Assembly: GCF_053078305.1 (NCBI RefSeq) | Contig: NZ_CP166879.1 | Direction: 5' to 3' (one strand) | DNA length: 64,000 nucleotides | Shown here: one piece after another, positions 28,013-37,619 of the stretch | How positions within the stretch are numbered: the first letter of the stretch is position 1 | Layout: the number at the start of each line of letters is the position of its first letter | The notes under the pieces: model-generated | Seen by the model: the letters and a program-made list of their open reading frames with translations, nothing else | Told to the model about the DNA's origin: nothing | Database searches by the model: none | Made by a program: the position numbers and the translations under genes

Positions 28013-29977
28013 TTAATCCAGATCAATATCTGCGCCGAAAATATTGATTTTATCTTTTCCTTCAATCTGGATACTTTTACCATTGAGAATGATAGTACCG
28101 TCCTTATTCATTTTCAGTAAGCATTCACCGACTTTAATGGTGAGGCTGTTGGTAACTGTCAGGCTGTAATCTTCTCCAACTTTAATATCCTGGGATTTCA
28201 CGACTTCTTCGGTATCTTTTCCTATTATCTTACTGATTTGATCGTTCCCTACATCCTTGTGACGATCGTGGGTAACATCCAGCCGCTGATCGTTTTGTAC
28301 CGTAATGGTCTGGTCATTCGCCACTGTCACTTTCTGGTCATGACCACCTTCCTTTTTGCTCCCCACATTCACCGTCTGGCCCTTCACCACCGTTATCTTC
28401 TGGTCGTTACCAATGGTTTCCGTGTGGTCATGCTTCACGTCCGTCGTCCGGTCATTCAGCACTTCCGTATCCATGTTCTTCTGCGCGTGAATATAGACCT
28501 GTTCCTTATCTGTGGCGTCCTCAAAGCGCAGCTCGTTAAATCCGCTTCCTTTATAGGTCTTCGACCGGATGGTCATTTGTGTCTTCGTTCCCGGCAGGTC
28601 GCCCGGCGAACGGTTGTCTTCATGGTATGTGCGTCCCGTCACAATGGGCTGGTCCGGGTCGCCGTTCAGAAAGTCCACTATCACCTCCTGACCCACACGC
28701 GGTATCGCCAGATTACCGAACCCCGGCCCCGCCCACGCCTGCGATACACGCACCCAGCATGAACTCGCCTCCGTCATCCCGTGATAACGGTCCCAGTGGA
28801 ACTTCACCCGTACCCGGCCATGTTCATCGCAGAAGATTTCCTCTCCCGCAGGCCCGGTGACAATGGCGCTCTGTGGCCCGTCCACCTTCGGTTTGCTTTG
28901 CAGCCGTGGACGCCACGTCCGGTCTGCCGGTATCACCTCTAACTGATTTCCCAGCGTGGTTCCTCTCCCCTGGCTGCCGTGCAGCGCCTGCGGCTGGCTT
29001 CCTGACAGTATGCTCTGTACCACCTGCCATTCACGGTTCAGCATCTTCTGCGGATGCCCCGTCAGCGTAAACCGCGTTCCCGGCCACAGCTTCGGTGAAT
29101 TACTCTGCCCTGTGGCCTTTTCCGCATCACTGCGCAGGCTCTCCATCTGGTACAGCGTGAAATCCTTGCCGTGCTGCTCGTCCTTGAACCTTCCCGGATA
29201 ATCAAATATCTCGTACTGCTCCAGCTGTCCGTTCAGGTTCTCACCCTGCTGCTCATACATCCCCGGCCAGTCCGGCACCTTAAACGTGTAATCCTGGCTC
29301 TGCACCGACGACGGGCGGACATGCGCCTCATAACGGAACATACTGACACACTCCGTCTCCGCTCCTGCCGATGTATCCGGGTTAAACGGAAGCTCCCCCG
29401 CCTGTGACAGCCCCGCCACATCGTCGCACAGCGTCAGCTTCTGCTCCGGGCTGTCCGCCGCAAACCGCTCAAAGAAGAAAATTCCCTCCTCCGCCCACAG
29501 CCGCGCCAGAAACGCCAGGTCCGACTCCCCGTACTGCACACAGAACTCCCGCGCCGGATGGTCCTCATAATACAGCGGCGTCCACTCCGTGACGCCGTTC
29601 TCGTTCAGTAACGTGGCCGATATCGTCCGGATATCCTGCTGCTGGAAGATACGGAAGTTCTGCCGCAGCCCGCACCGCCATAACGGCGGCTCAATACGCA
29701 GGTGATAACGCATCTGCCAGCCGTTATTCTCCTGCATGCCAAAGCCCGCCACCACGCCGGTGACATAACGCAGCGGGATGACGCCCTGCCAGATGGTCAG
29801 CGTCGCCTTCTTCTCCAGCAGCATCTCCGCCGTCTGCATAAAAGAGTCGCTGGCAACATCCACACTCATCACAAACGGATATGACTGGTTCTGGATTAAC
29901 CTGAAATTCACCACTGCAAAGGTGTCCGGCTCCTGGCCGTCAACCTCCAGCGTAAAGCGCAGACCTTTTAAGGACAT
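28013..29977 (-). CDS. vgrG: VgrG (T6SS spike protein), copy B, intact, 654 aa, with a C-terminal tail distinct from copy A
   Basis: Same conserved VgrG motifs as copy A; C-terminus ...KVGEDYSLTVTNSLTIKVGECLLKMNKDGTIILNGKSIQIEGKDKINIFGADIDLD differs from copy A. Confidence 0.88.
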   Translation of the reverse strand: MSLKGLRFTLEVDGQEPDTFAVVNFRLIQNQSYPFVMSVDVASDSFMQTAEMLLEKKATLTIWQGVIPLRYVTGVVAGFGMQENNGWQMRYHLRIEPPLWRCGLRQNFRIFQQQDIRTISATLLNENGVTEWTPLYYEDHPAREFCVQYGESDLAFLARLWAEEGIFFFERFAADSPEQKLTLCDDVAGLSQAGELPFNPDTSAGAETECVSMFRYEAHVRPSSVQSQDYTFKVPDWPGMYEQQGENLNGQLEQYEIFDYPGRFKDEQHGKDFTLYQMESLRSDAEKATGQSNSPKLWPGTRFTLTGHPQKMLNREWQVVQSILSGSQPQALHGSQGRGTTLGNQLEVIPADRTWRPRLQSKPKVDGPQSAIVTGPAGEEIFCDEHGRVRVKFHWDRYHGMTEASSCWVRVSQAWAGPGFGNLAIPRVGQEVIVDFLNGDPDQPIVTGRTYHEDNRSPGDLPGTKTQMTIRSKTYKGSGFNELRFEDATDKEQVYIHAQKNMDTEVLNDRTTDVKHDHTETIGNDQKITVVKGQTVNVGSKKEGGHDQKVTVANDQTITVQNDQRLDVTHDRHKDVGNDQISKIIGKDTEEVVKSQDIKVGEDYSLTVTNSLTIKVGECLLKMNKDGTIILNGKSIQIEGKDKINIFGADIDLD

Positions 29978-30420
29978 AAATACCTCTCAGACATATCAGC
30001 CTATATTTACCGTACCGCCACCAATGACCACACCACCACAGTCGATGGCATCACCGGTTCTGGCGGCGGGCAGGCCGTCAATAAAGACGGTTGACGAGCC
30101 TCTGGCGATTTTACGGGGATGAGGGGGATGCTTCGGTTTAGCATGCGGCGTCAGCGGATCTCCCTGGCGGGCTGCGGGGAGACCATCGATAAAAACGGTG
30201 GATGACCCGGCGGTGATGACGGTCTCGTAATAACCGTCGTGCTGGGTGCCTTTGTCGGTGAGTTTGGCTGCTAAAGGCATAATTCCTCCTGTTAAGAATT
30301 TCTACAGCAGCAGGTTTCAAAAATCCGGAGAAATATTCAACGAAATATTAATCACTTCACCGGATATTCTGATACGTACCTTCACTGGTCTATTTAAGTA
30401 ATACAAATTGTTGGCGTGTA
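28368..30420 (-). repeat. Duplicated PAAR–vgrG 5' segment, copy B
   Basis: Paralogous to 22128–24180. Confidence 0.85.
29996..30280 (-). CDS. PAAR-repeat protein, copy B, 94 aa
   Basis: Near-identical to 23756..24040; two PAAR motifs. Confidence 0.8.
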   Translation of the reverse strand: MPLAAKLTDKGTQHDGYYETVITAGSSTVFIDGLPAARQGDPLTPHAKPKHPPHPRKIARGSSTVFIDGLPAARTGDAIDCGGVVIGGGTVNIG

Positions 30421-30577
30421 TTAAGTTCCATTTTGTTCTCCTTAATTATGTAAGGAGTATTTGATCATGTATAAGCAATAAAAACAGCTTCAGGAAATAA
30501 GGAATATCGCAATTTTTAAACATAAAATGCGAATCGTTCAATACAAAAAAGCAGCGTTGCGTAATCTTTCCCTGATT
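30421..30577 (-). mobile_element. H-repeat left-end remnant (about 155 bp; transposase ORF deleted after the first codons)
   Basis: ttaagttccattttgttctccttaattatgtaaggagtatttgatcatgtataagcaataaaaa... matches the 5' ends of copies A and B. Confidence 0.65.
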
Positions 30578-30819
30578 AAATACGCTACCGCCCTACTCTG
30601 ATGACATGATCTGCACTGCACTATCATATCGACATGTTTCTCTACATGCGAAGAGATGTTTTATTTTCGGATTATATTAAATTGATATTTCATATAAAAA
30701 ACGAAATTACATCAATCATATAAATAATTGTATCAACTTTAATTACTATTCATAGCAAACAAATGGATATCCAGTTAACTACGCCAGTGATTCATTAACA
30801 TTAACCTCCGGCATTATTG

Positions 30820-31437
30820 TTAAATAATGACATTCCTTTTTAATACTTCTTGTAATTTCGGTAACTGACATACAGCATCAGCAATCGCACTGATATTTGT
30901 GGCATTATCCTGAAACCATTCATGCCCAGGCCCCCATGTGCGCATAGTGCAAAGATAACAGTCCACCAGCGTTAGTTGCTCACCAAACGCATAAGGTTCA
31001 GCGGTCAATTGTGAATTCAGCCAGATATAAAGCGATTTACGATATTCAATAACATTCTTCTTTAACTGTTCGGGTGCGTCAGGAGCCCAACGCTCAGGGT
31101 AATCGGCGAAAGTGAATGTTGGATAGACATTAGCAACCAGCCAGACCAATAGCCGTTGAAACTGCTGACGTTCGGCGCGCCCAACCGGTGGCGCAAGGTC
31201 CGGGCGACGATCGAGAACCATCAATGCAATCGCCGCTGTCTCCGTCATAATCTCGTCATTTTCCAGCGCCAGTGTCGGAATCTGACACAACGGGTTCAGG
31301 GTTTTCAATAACTCGCGTGAAGTTCCCTCGTGGTCAAAACCACTGACATCAACGAACTGATAAGGAATATCAGCCAGTGTTAGCATCAGCTCACTGATTG
31401 TAGAGCCCCATCCGGGTACGCCATACACCTTAATCAT
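30820..31437 (-). CDS. yncG: Glutathione S-transferase-like protein YncG
   Basis: 205 aa, GST N-terminal thioredoxin-like fold signature (MIKVYGVPGWGS...). Confidence 0.85.
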   Translation of the reverse strand: MIKVYGVPGWGSTISELMLTLADIPYQFVDVSGFDHEGTSRELLKTLNPLCQIPTLALENDEIMTETAAIALMVLDRRPDLAPPVGRAERQQFQRLLVWLVANVYPTFTFADYPERWAPDAPEQLKKNVIEYRKSLYIWLNSQLTAEPYAFGEQLTLVDCYLCTMRTWGPGHEWFQDNATNISAIADAVCQLPKLQEVLKRNVII

Positions 31438-31703
31438 ATGCCCCTCACAATCTTTTAAAGATTAAGTGTAGGACAGTACACAGGTTAACCAGCAAAAGGA
31501 TTTGTCATTTTTTCGTCAGTTGTATTAATCCCCTTCAGGATTGTAAGGGGATGTTTTGCATCGTTTATCGATAACGGGTAGGATGCTGCGCCGATAGTTT
31601 TATACCCATAAAGAATAATGGTGATAACTATCATCGCCAGGATGAATAAACATTGTTCATGGCAACTTATATGACTTTTTCATTAAAGCAATCAGGGAGA
31701 GCA

Positions 31704-33203
31704 ATGAGTAAACACGACACCGACACTTCAGATCAACACGCCGCGAAACGCCGCTGGCTTAATGCCCACGAAGAGGGGTATCACAAAGCGATGGGCAATC
31801 GCCAGGTACAGATGATCGCCATTGGCGGCGCGATTGGCACCGGCTTGTTTTTAGGTGCAGGAGCCCGACTGCAAATGGCGGGTCCAGCACTGGCACTGGT
31901 TTATTTAATTTGTGGCTTGTTTTCGTTTTTTATTCTGCGTGCATTGGGTGAGCTGGTGCTACACCGCCCTTCCAGTGGCAGTTTTGTCTCTTATGCCCGT
32001 GAGTTTTTGGGTGAGAAAGCCGCTTATGTTGCTGGCTGGATGTACTTCATCAACTGGGCGATGACGGGGATTGTTGATATTACCGCCGTCGCTCTGTATA
32101 TGCATTACTGGGGTGCGTTTGGCGGCGTGCCGCAGTGGGTCTTTGCGCTCGCTGCACTTACCATCGTTGGCACCATGAATATGATCGGTGTGAAATGGTT
32201 TGCGGAGATGGAGTTCTGGTTTGCGCTTATTAAAGTGCTCGCCATTGTGACCTTTTTGGTCGTGGGTACAGTGTTCCTCGGTAGTGGTCAGCCGCTGGAT
32301 GGCAACACCACTGGCTTTCATTTAATCACCGATAATGGCGGCTTCTTCCCCCACGGTTTGCTGCCTGCGCTGGTGTTGATTCAGGGCGTAGTGTTTGCTT
32401 TTGCCTCCATTGAAATGGTGGGTACAGCTGCCGGAGAATGTAAAGATCCGCAGACCATGGTGCCTAAAGCGATTAACAGTGTGATTTGGCGTATTGGCCT
32501 GTTTTACGTCGGCTCCGTGGTGTTGCTGGTTATGTTATTGCCGTGGAGCGCGTATCAGGCGGGGCAAAGTCCGTTCGTGACGTTTTTCTCTAAACTGGGT
32601 GTGCCATATATCGGCAGCATTATGAACATTGTGGTGCTGACCGCTGCCCTCTCCAGCCTGAATTCAGGTCTGTACTGCACCGGACGTATTCTGCGCTCAA
32701 TGGCGATGGGCGGTTCCGCACCGAGTTTTATGGCGAAAATGAGTCGTCAGCATGTGCCGTATGCCGGGATTCTGGCGACACTGGTTGTGTATGTCGTCGG
32801 CGTATTCCTCAACTATCTGGTGCCGTCGCGCGTATTTGAGATTGTGTTGAACTTCGCGTCGCTGGGAATCATCGCTTCATGGGCGTTTATCATCGTGTGC
32901 CAGATGCGCCTGCGTAAAGCGATTAAAGCAGGCAAAGCAGCGGATGTCAGTTTTAAACTGCCTGGCGCGCCCTTCACTTCCTGGCTGACATTACTGTTTT
33001 TACTGAGTGTCCTTGTGCTGATGGCGTTCGATTACCCGAACGGGACTTATACTATCGCGGCGCTGCCGATTATCGGTATTCTGCTGGTTATAGGCTGGTT
33101 TGGTGTGCGCAAACGCGTTGCTGAAATTCACAGCACTGCGCCAGTCGTCGAGGAAGATGAAGAAAAACAGGAAATTGTGTTTAAGCCTGAAACGGCGAGC
33201 TAA
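31704..33203 (+). CDS. ansP: L-asparagine permease AnsP (APC family)
   Basis: Begins [51 protein letters not shown]; 499 aa; GGGAGA RBS. Confidence 0.9.
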   Translation: MSKHDTDTSDQHAAKRRWLNAHEEGYHKAMGNRQVQMIAIGGAIGTGLFLGAGARLQMAGPALALVYLICGLFSFFILRALGELVLHRPSSGSFVSYAREFLGEKAAYVAGWMYFINWAMTGIVDITAVALYMHYWGAFGGVPQWVFALAALTIVGTMNMIGVKWFAEMEFWFALIKVLAIVTFLVVGTVFLGSGQPLDGNTTGFHLITDNGGFFPHGLLPALVLIQGVVFAFASIEMVGTAAGECKDPQTMVPKAINSVIWRIGLFYVGSVVLLVMLLPWSAYQAGQSPFVTFFSKLGVPYIGSIMNIVVLTAALSSLNSGLYCTGRILRSMAMGGSAPSFMAKMSRQHVPYAGILATLVVYVVGVFLNYLVPSRVFEIVLNFASLGIIASWAFIIVCQMRLRKAIKAGKAADVSFKLPGAPFTSWLTLLFLLSVLVLMAFDYPNGTYTIAALPIIGILLVIGWFGVRKRVAEIHSTAPVVEEDEEKQEIVFKPETAS

Positions 33204-33211
33204 TTGCAAAA

Positions 33212-33234
33212 TTGCCCGGCTACGTGCCGGGCAA
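33212..33234 (+). terminator. Hairpin after ansP (ttgcccggc tacgt gccgggcaa)
   Basis: Perfect 9-bp stem directly after the stop codon; weak T-tract. Confidence 0.45.
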
Positions 33235-33315
33235 ATTTAGATTACTGACGAAGGTGTCGCATGCGGCGTGATAAAAGTCAGGCAAGTCTCTCCGTTTTCA
33301 CCCTCGCCATATCTA

Positions 33316-34377
33316 TTACAGCGCAATACGAATCACATCGTCTGGCTGGGTAGCTTCCTGCTGTTTAGTGGATTTTTGTTTCACACTGACATACAGCGTT
33401 TTGCCATCGGCAGACAGCGCCAGGCTGTTCGGATGAGTCGGCGTATCGAACGTTTTCACCACTTTATAGCTTTTCGCGTCAATCACACTGACTTTACCTG
33501 CCTGACGATGCGTTACGTAGGCTTCATTACGCGCTGGGTTAAACAGCACAGCCAGTGATTCCGGTGCCGCAACCTTCGCCAGAATATTGCCATTACGGGT
33601 ATCGACCACTAACACTTCTGCGGCTTTAGAATCGGTGATAAATGCACGCTGCCTGGCGGTATCAAGGCTAATGTTGATAAAGAAGTGCTCTTTGCCGTCA
33701 TCCAGCAGCTTTTTACGGCTGAGGATTTTATTGTCGGCGGTGTCGATGGTAATCAATTCGCCGTCAGCGTTAGTGGTGTAAAGACGTTTGCCTTTGCTAT
33801 CCAGCGCCAGACCGGTACTCATTTTACCGGTGTTCTGGATGGCGGTTTTCAGTTTGATATTCTCGCCATCAACGACCCAAATCACGCTCTCTTTACCAAT
33901 ACCACTGATGTAAACGGTGTTCGTGGCATCATCAGCTACCAGCTCACGCGGTTGCAGCGGGCGCACCTCTTCCGTGCGCTTACGATCATCCAGCACCAGA
34001 CGGCCTTTCACTTCGCCCGTTTTGGCATCTATCGCCGTGACCGCGCTGTTTACGGTGTTACCAAACCACAACGTCTGAGTCGTGTTATTGATGGTGGCAC
34101 CAAACGGCTTGAGATCGTTATGGATCGCCTGCGTCACTTCCAGAGTGACCGGATCAAGACGATAAACCACGCCACCTTTATCCAGTTTGCGGCTTTGCGA
34201 AGTGGCGAGCCACAGCGCGTTTTCTTGCTGGCTATAAGCCATTTCGTAGGCACCTTTACCTACCGCTTTACGCAGCATTTCTTCTGCGGCCTGCGTACTG
34301 AATGATGAAGCAACAAGCAATGAACCTAACAGTAATGAACCACGCAGGCGCGATGAAAACAGATGACGTAAATGCAT
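33316..34377 (-). CDS. yncE: Periplasmic beta-propeller protein YncE
   Basis: 353 aa with signal peptide MHLRHLFSSRLRGSLLLGSLLVASSFSTQA. Confidence 0.9.
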   Translation of the reverse strand: MHLRHLFSSRLRGSLLLGSLLVASSFSTQAAEEMLRKAVGKGAYEMAYSQQENALWLATSQSRKLDKGGVVYRLDPVTLEVTQAIHNDLKPFGATINNTTQTLWFGNTVNSAVTAIDAKTGEVKGRLVLDDRKRTEEVRPLQPRELVADDATNTVYISGIGKESVIWVVDGENIKLKTAIQNTGKMSTGLALDSKGKRLYTTNADGELITIDTADNKILSRKKLLDDGKEHFFINISLDTARQRAFITDSKAAEVLVVDTRNGNILAKVAAPESLAVLFNPARNEAYVTHRQAGKVSVIDAKSYKVVKTFDTPTHPNSLALSADGKTLYVSVKQKSTKQQEATQPDDVIRIAL

Positions 34378-34459
34378 GACGACTCCCTTTGATGAACCGA
34401 TATTTTTGCTGCTTCACAATGCTTCGCTAAGCGTAATCATCGTTACGCTCTTGTTATAA

Positions 34460-34485
34460 ATGGGAATGGTAATCATTATTTTCTC
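34460..34485. promoter_or_regulatory. Candidate Fur box in the divergent yncE–yncD promoter region
   Basis: tggtaatcattatt matches 12 of 14 positions of the Fur consensus core (tgataatcattatc); lies between an iron-regulated beta-propeller gene and a TonB-dependent receptor gene. Confidence 0.45.
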
Positions 34486-34618
34486 AAATGTGGAGCATTT
34501 CTTGCCGTTACGACTACAATTTTCTCAATTACTTAACGTATTGTGCCGTTTCATTTTCCATAAATTTACAATTTCATTACCATGACGGCGTTTTCCCATT
34601 CTTAACCTGGCTTTTTTC

Positions 34619-36721
34619 ATGAAGATTTTTTCCGTCCGACAGACCGTTTTGCCCGCCCTGCTTGTCCTTTCCCCCGTTGTTTTTGCCGCTGATGAACAGA
34701 CCATGATTGTCAGTGCCGCGCCGCAGGTGGTTTCAGAACTGGATACCCCTGCAGCAGTAAGCGTGGTGGATGGCGAGGAGATGCGCCTGGCAACACCGCG
34801 CATTAACTTGTCCGAATCACTGACCGGCGTGCCTGGTTTGCAGGTACAAAACCGGCAGAACTATGCGCAAGATTTACAGCTGTCGATTCGCGGATTTGGC
34901 TCCCGTTCCACTTACGGAATTCGCGGTATTCGCCTGTATGTGGACGGTATTCCCGCCACCATGCCCGACGGGCAAGGGCAAACATCCAACATCGATTTAA
35001 GCAGTGTGCAAAATGTGGAAGTGCTGCGTGGCCCCTTCTCTGCCCTGTATGGCAACGCGTCTGGCGGTGTAATGAATGTCACCACCCAGACCGGACAACA
35101 GCCACCAACCATTGAAGCCAGTAGTTACTACGGCAGTTTTGGCAGCTGGCGCTATGGGCTGAAAGCAACGGGCGCAACGGGAGACGGCACACAGCCCGGC
35201 GATGTTGATTACACCGTCTCAACCACGCGTTTTACGACCCACGGCTATCGTGACCATAGTGGCGCACAGAAAAATTTAGCCAATGCCAAACTGGGCGTAC
35301 GCATTGATGAAGCCAGCAAATTAAGCCTGATTTTCAATAGTGTGGATATCAAAGCAGATGACCCGGGTGGGCTAACCAAAGCAGAATGGAAGGCGAATCC
35401 ACAACAAGCGCCTCGTGCAGAACAGTACGACACGCGAAAAACCATCAAGCAAACTCAGGCTGGGTTGCGCTATGAACGTAGCCTGAGTTCGCGGGATGAT
35501 ATGAGTGTGATGATGTATGCCGGAGAGCGAGAAACGACCCAGTACCAGTCAATACCCATGGCGCCACAACTTAACCCGTCACATGCGGGCGGCGTGATTA
35601 CCCTGCAACGCCATTACCAGGGAATAGACAGCCGCTGGACACACCGTGGTGAACTGGGCGTTCCGGTCACGTTCACTACCGGCCTGAACTACGAAAACAT
35701 GAGTGAAAACCGCAAGGGCTACAATAACTTCCGCCTGAATAGCGGCATGCCGGAGTACGGGCAAAAAGGTGAGTTGCGTCGCGACGAACGCAATCTGATG
35801 TGGAACATCGATCCCTATTTACAGACGCAGTGGCAGCTGAGCGAAAAACTGTCGCTGGATGCTGGCGTGCGCTACAGCTCCGTGTGGTTTGATTCCAACG
35901 ACCATTACGTTACTCCGGGTAACGGCGATGACAGCGGTGATGCCAGTTATCACAAATGGCTACCAGCCGGATCGTTAAAATATGCAATGACCGATGCCTG
36001 GAATATCTATCTGGCAGCCGGGCGTGGTTTTGAAACGCCGACGATTAATGAGCTGTCTTATCGCGCTGATGGGCAAAGCGGTATGAACTTTGGTTTAAAA
36101 CCATCCACCAACGATACAATTGAGATCGGCAGTAAAACGCGTATTGGTGATGGGCTGCTTAGTCTCGCATTGTTCCAGACCGACACCGATGATGAAATTG
36201 TTGTCGATAGCAGTAGCGGTGGGCGTACGACTTACAAAAATGCTGGAAAGACCCGTCGTCAAGGCGCTGAACTGGCATGGGATCAACGTTTCGCGGGAGA
36301 TTTTCGCGTAAACGCGTCCTGGACCTGGCTTGATGCGACCTATCGCAGCAATGTTTGCAATGAACAGGATTGTAACGGTAATCGGATGCCAGGGATCGCC
36401 CGTAATATGGGCTTTGCGTCGATAGGTTATGTACCGGAAGATGGCTGGTATGCAGGCACGGAAGCGCGTTATATGGGCGATATTATGGCAGATGATGAAA
36501 ATACGGCCAAGGCGCCGTCTTATACTCTCATCGGCTTATTCACCGGGTATAAATACAATTACCACAATTTAACTGTGGATTTATTTGGTCGTGTCGATAA
36601 TTTATTCGATAAAGAATACGTTGGTTCTGTCATTGTCAATGAGTCAAACGGGCGATATTACGAACCTGCGCCCGGACGAAATTATGGTGTCGGCGTGAAT
36701 ATCGCATGGCGATTTGAGTAA
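34619..36721 (+). CDS. yncD: TonB-dependent outer-membrane receptor YncD
   Basis: 700 aa, signal peptide, TonB-box-like N-terminus, C-terminal aromatic residue (…NIAWRFE). Confidence 0.9.
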   Translation: MKIFSVRQTVLPALLVLSPVVFAADEQTMIVSAAPQVVSELDTPAAVSVVDGEEMRLATPRINLSESLTGVPGLQVQNRQNYAQDLQLSIRGFGSRSTYGIRGIRLYVDGIPATMPDGQGQTSNIDLSSVQNVEVLRGPFSALYGNASGGVMNVTTQTGQQPPTIEASSYYGSFGSWRYGLKATGATGDGTQPGDVDYTVSTTRFTTHGYRDHSGAQKNLANAKLGVRIDEASKLSLIFNSVDIKADDPGGLTKAEWKANPQQAPRAEQYDTRKTIKQTQAGLRYERSLSSRDDMSVMMYAGERETTQYQSIPMAPQLNPSHAGGVITLQRHYQGIDSRWTHRGELGVPVTFTTGLNYENMSENRKGYNNFRLNSGMPEYGQKGELRRDERNLMWNIDPYLQTQWQLSEKLSLDAGVRYSSVWFDSNDHYVTPGNGDDSGDASYHKWLPAGSLKYAMTDAWNIYLAAGRGFETPTINELSYRADGQSGMNFGLKPSTNDTIEIGSKTRIGDGLLSLALFQTDTDDEIVVDSSSGGRTTYKNAGKTRRQGAELAWDQRFAGDFRVNASWTWLDATYRSNVCNEQDCNGNRMPGIARNMGFASIGYVPEDGWYAGTEARYMGDIMADDENTAKAPSYTLIGLFTGYKYNYHNLTVDLFGRVDNLFDKEYVGSVIVNESNGRYYEPAPGRNYGVGVNIAWRFE

Positions 36722-36730
36722 TTACCTTGA

Positions 36731-36750
36731 TGCCCGGTATTTGCCGGGCA
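36731..36750. terminator. Hairpin between convergent yncD and mcbR (tgcccggtatttgccgggca), T-tract follows
   Basis: Perfect stem followed by tttacttt. Confidence 0.55.
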
Positions 36751-36756
36751 TTTACT

Positions 36757-37422
36757 TTAACGATTGTATTGCTGGTATAAAATAGCAATATTTTGTTGCA
36801 TAATTTCAGCAAGACAATGTCTGCATCCCTCTTTGTCTTTTGCTTTTAACGCAGCGAGTAACAGATGATAGTTTTCTATATGCTCCCGTAATTCCGCTGG
36901 ATTAATCGCTTCATAGAGATAATGTAAACCAGGTCCCATCCTGACCCACAGTTGCTCAATCATCTCACACAGGATGGGCATATTTGAGCGATGATAAATC
37001 GCTAAGCGAAATAGCCTGTTTACATTAATGATTTGTTCCATGTCGCCCTTTTCTTGCGCCTGCTGTAATTTCTCGAGCAATTCCTGGAGTTCCGCCAGGT
37101 CTTGCGGGGTGAGGTTTTCAACAGCCAGAGCAACTGCCATTAATTCCAGTTCGTAGCGGATCCGATTGATTTCGTCTAATTGACGTTTCCCCACTTCCGG
37201 AACTGTAAATGCTTGCGCTGGTGCGACAGAAAGCGCATTCACCGAAACCAGACGTAATAATGCTTCACGCACAGGTGTAATACTCATACCTAATTGCTCC
37301 GCCAGATTTTTAGTAATCAGGCGTGCGCCAGGTTTTAGTGCGCCAATACTAAGCTGATGTTTCAGGTCGTTCTCAACCTGCAGAGTCAAACTGACATGTT
37401 TCATTTTTTCCGTTCCAGGCAT
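36757..37422 (-). CDS. mcbR: GntR-family transcriptional regulator McbR (YncC)
   Basis: Begins MPGTEKMKHVSLTLQVENDL; 221 aa; HTH GntR motif; ORF track extends to 37479. Confidence 0.85.
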   Translation of the reverse strand: MPGTEKMKHVSLTLQVENDLKHQLSIGALKPGARLITKNLAEQLGMSITPVREALLRLVSVNALSVAPAQAFTVPEVGKRQLDEINRIRYELELMAVALAVENLTPQDLAELQELLEKLQQAQEKGDMEQIINVNRLFRLAIYHRSNMPILCEMIEQLWVRMGPGLHYLYEAINPAELREHIENYHLLLAALKAKDKEGCRHCLAEIMQQNIAILYQQYNR

Positions 37423-37619
37423 TTTAATTCCTTCGCGTGTTTTCTGTCCAACCCTGCCTGCATGGCAGAAGGAATTCACCTGGTGTATTAAAGTGAATAA
37501 TCATAAACCACTCACCTTTGTTGTTATTAGCAGCAGAACAATGATGTGGTTAGTTAATTAAAGCTGAAAATAAGCTTTTTGCCTGGATTTTTATGGCGGC
37601 TTACGCCGCCGTTGAAACT

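Noticed and set aside
22128-30420. Possibility that the duplicated PAAR–vgrG segment is an assembly artefact (collapsed or duplicated repeat)
   Set aside because: The two copies differ by scattered substitutions, have different vgrG 3' ends and entirely different downstream cargo, and are separated by unique sequence, which is consistent with a real ancient duplication.
17600-30600. Prophage or integrative element explaining the accessory region
   Set aside because: No integrase, phage structural genes or tRNA attachment site are present; the H-repeat flanks and vgrG/PAAR content fit an Rhs-type T6SS cargo locus instead.
37595-37610. Hairpin ggcggcttacgccgcc downstream of curA as a possible terminator
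   Set aside because: No U-tract follows on the curA (minus-strand) transcript; the T-run lies on the wrong side.
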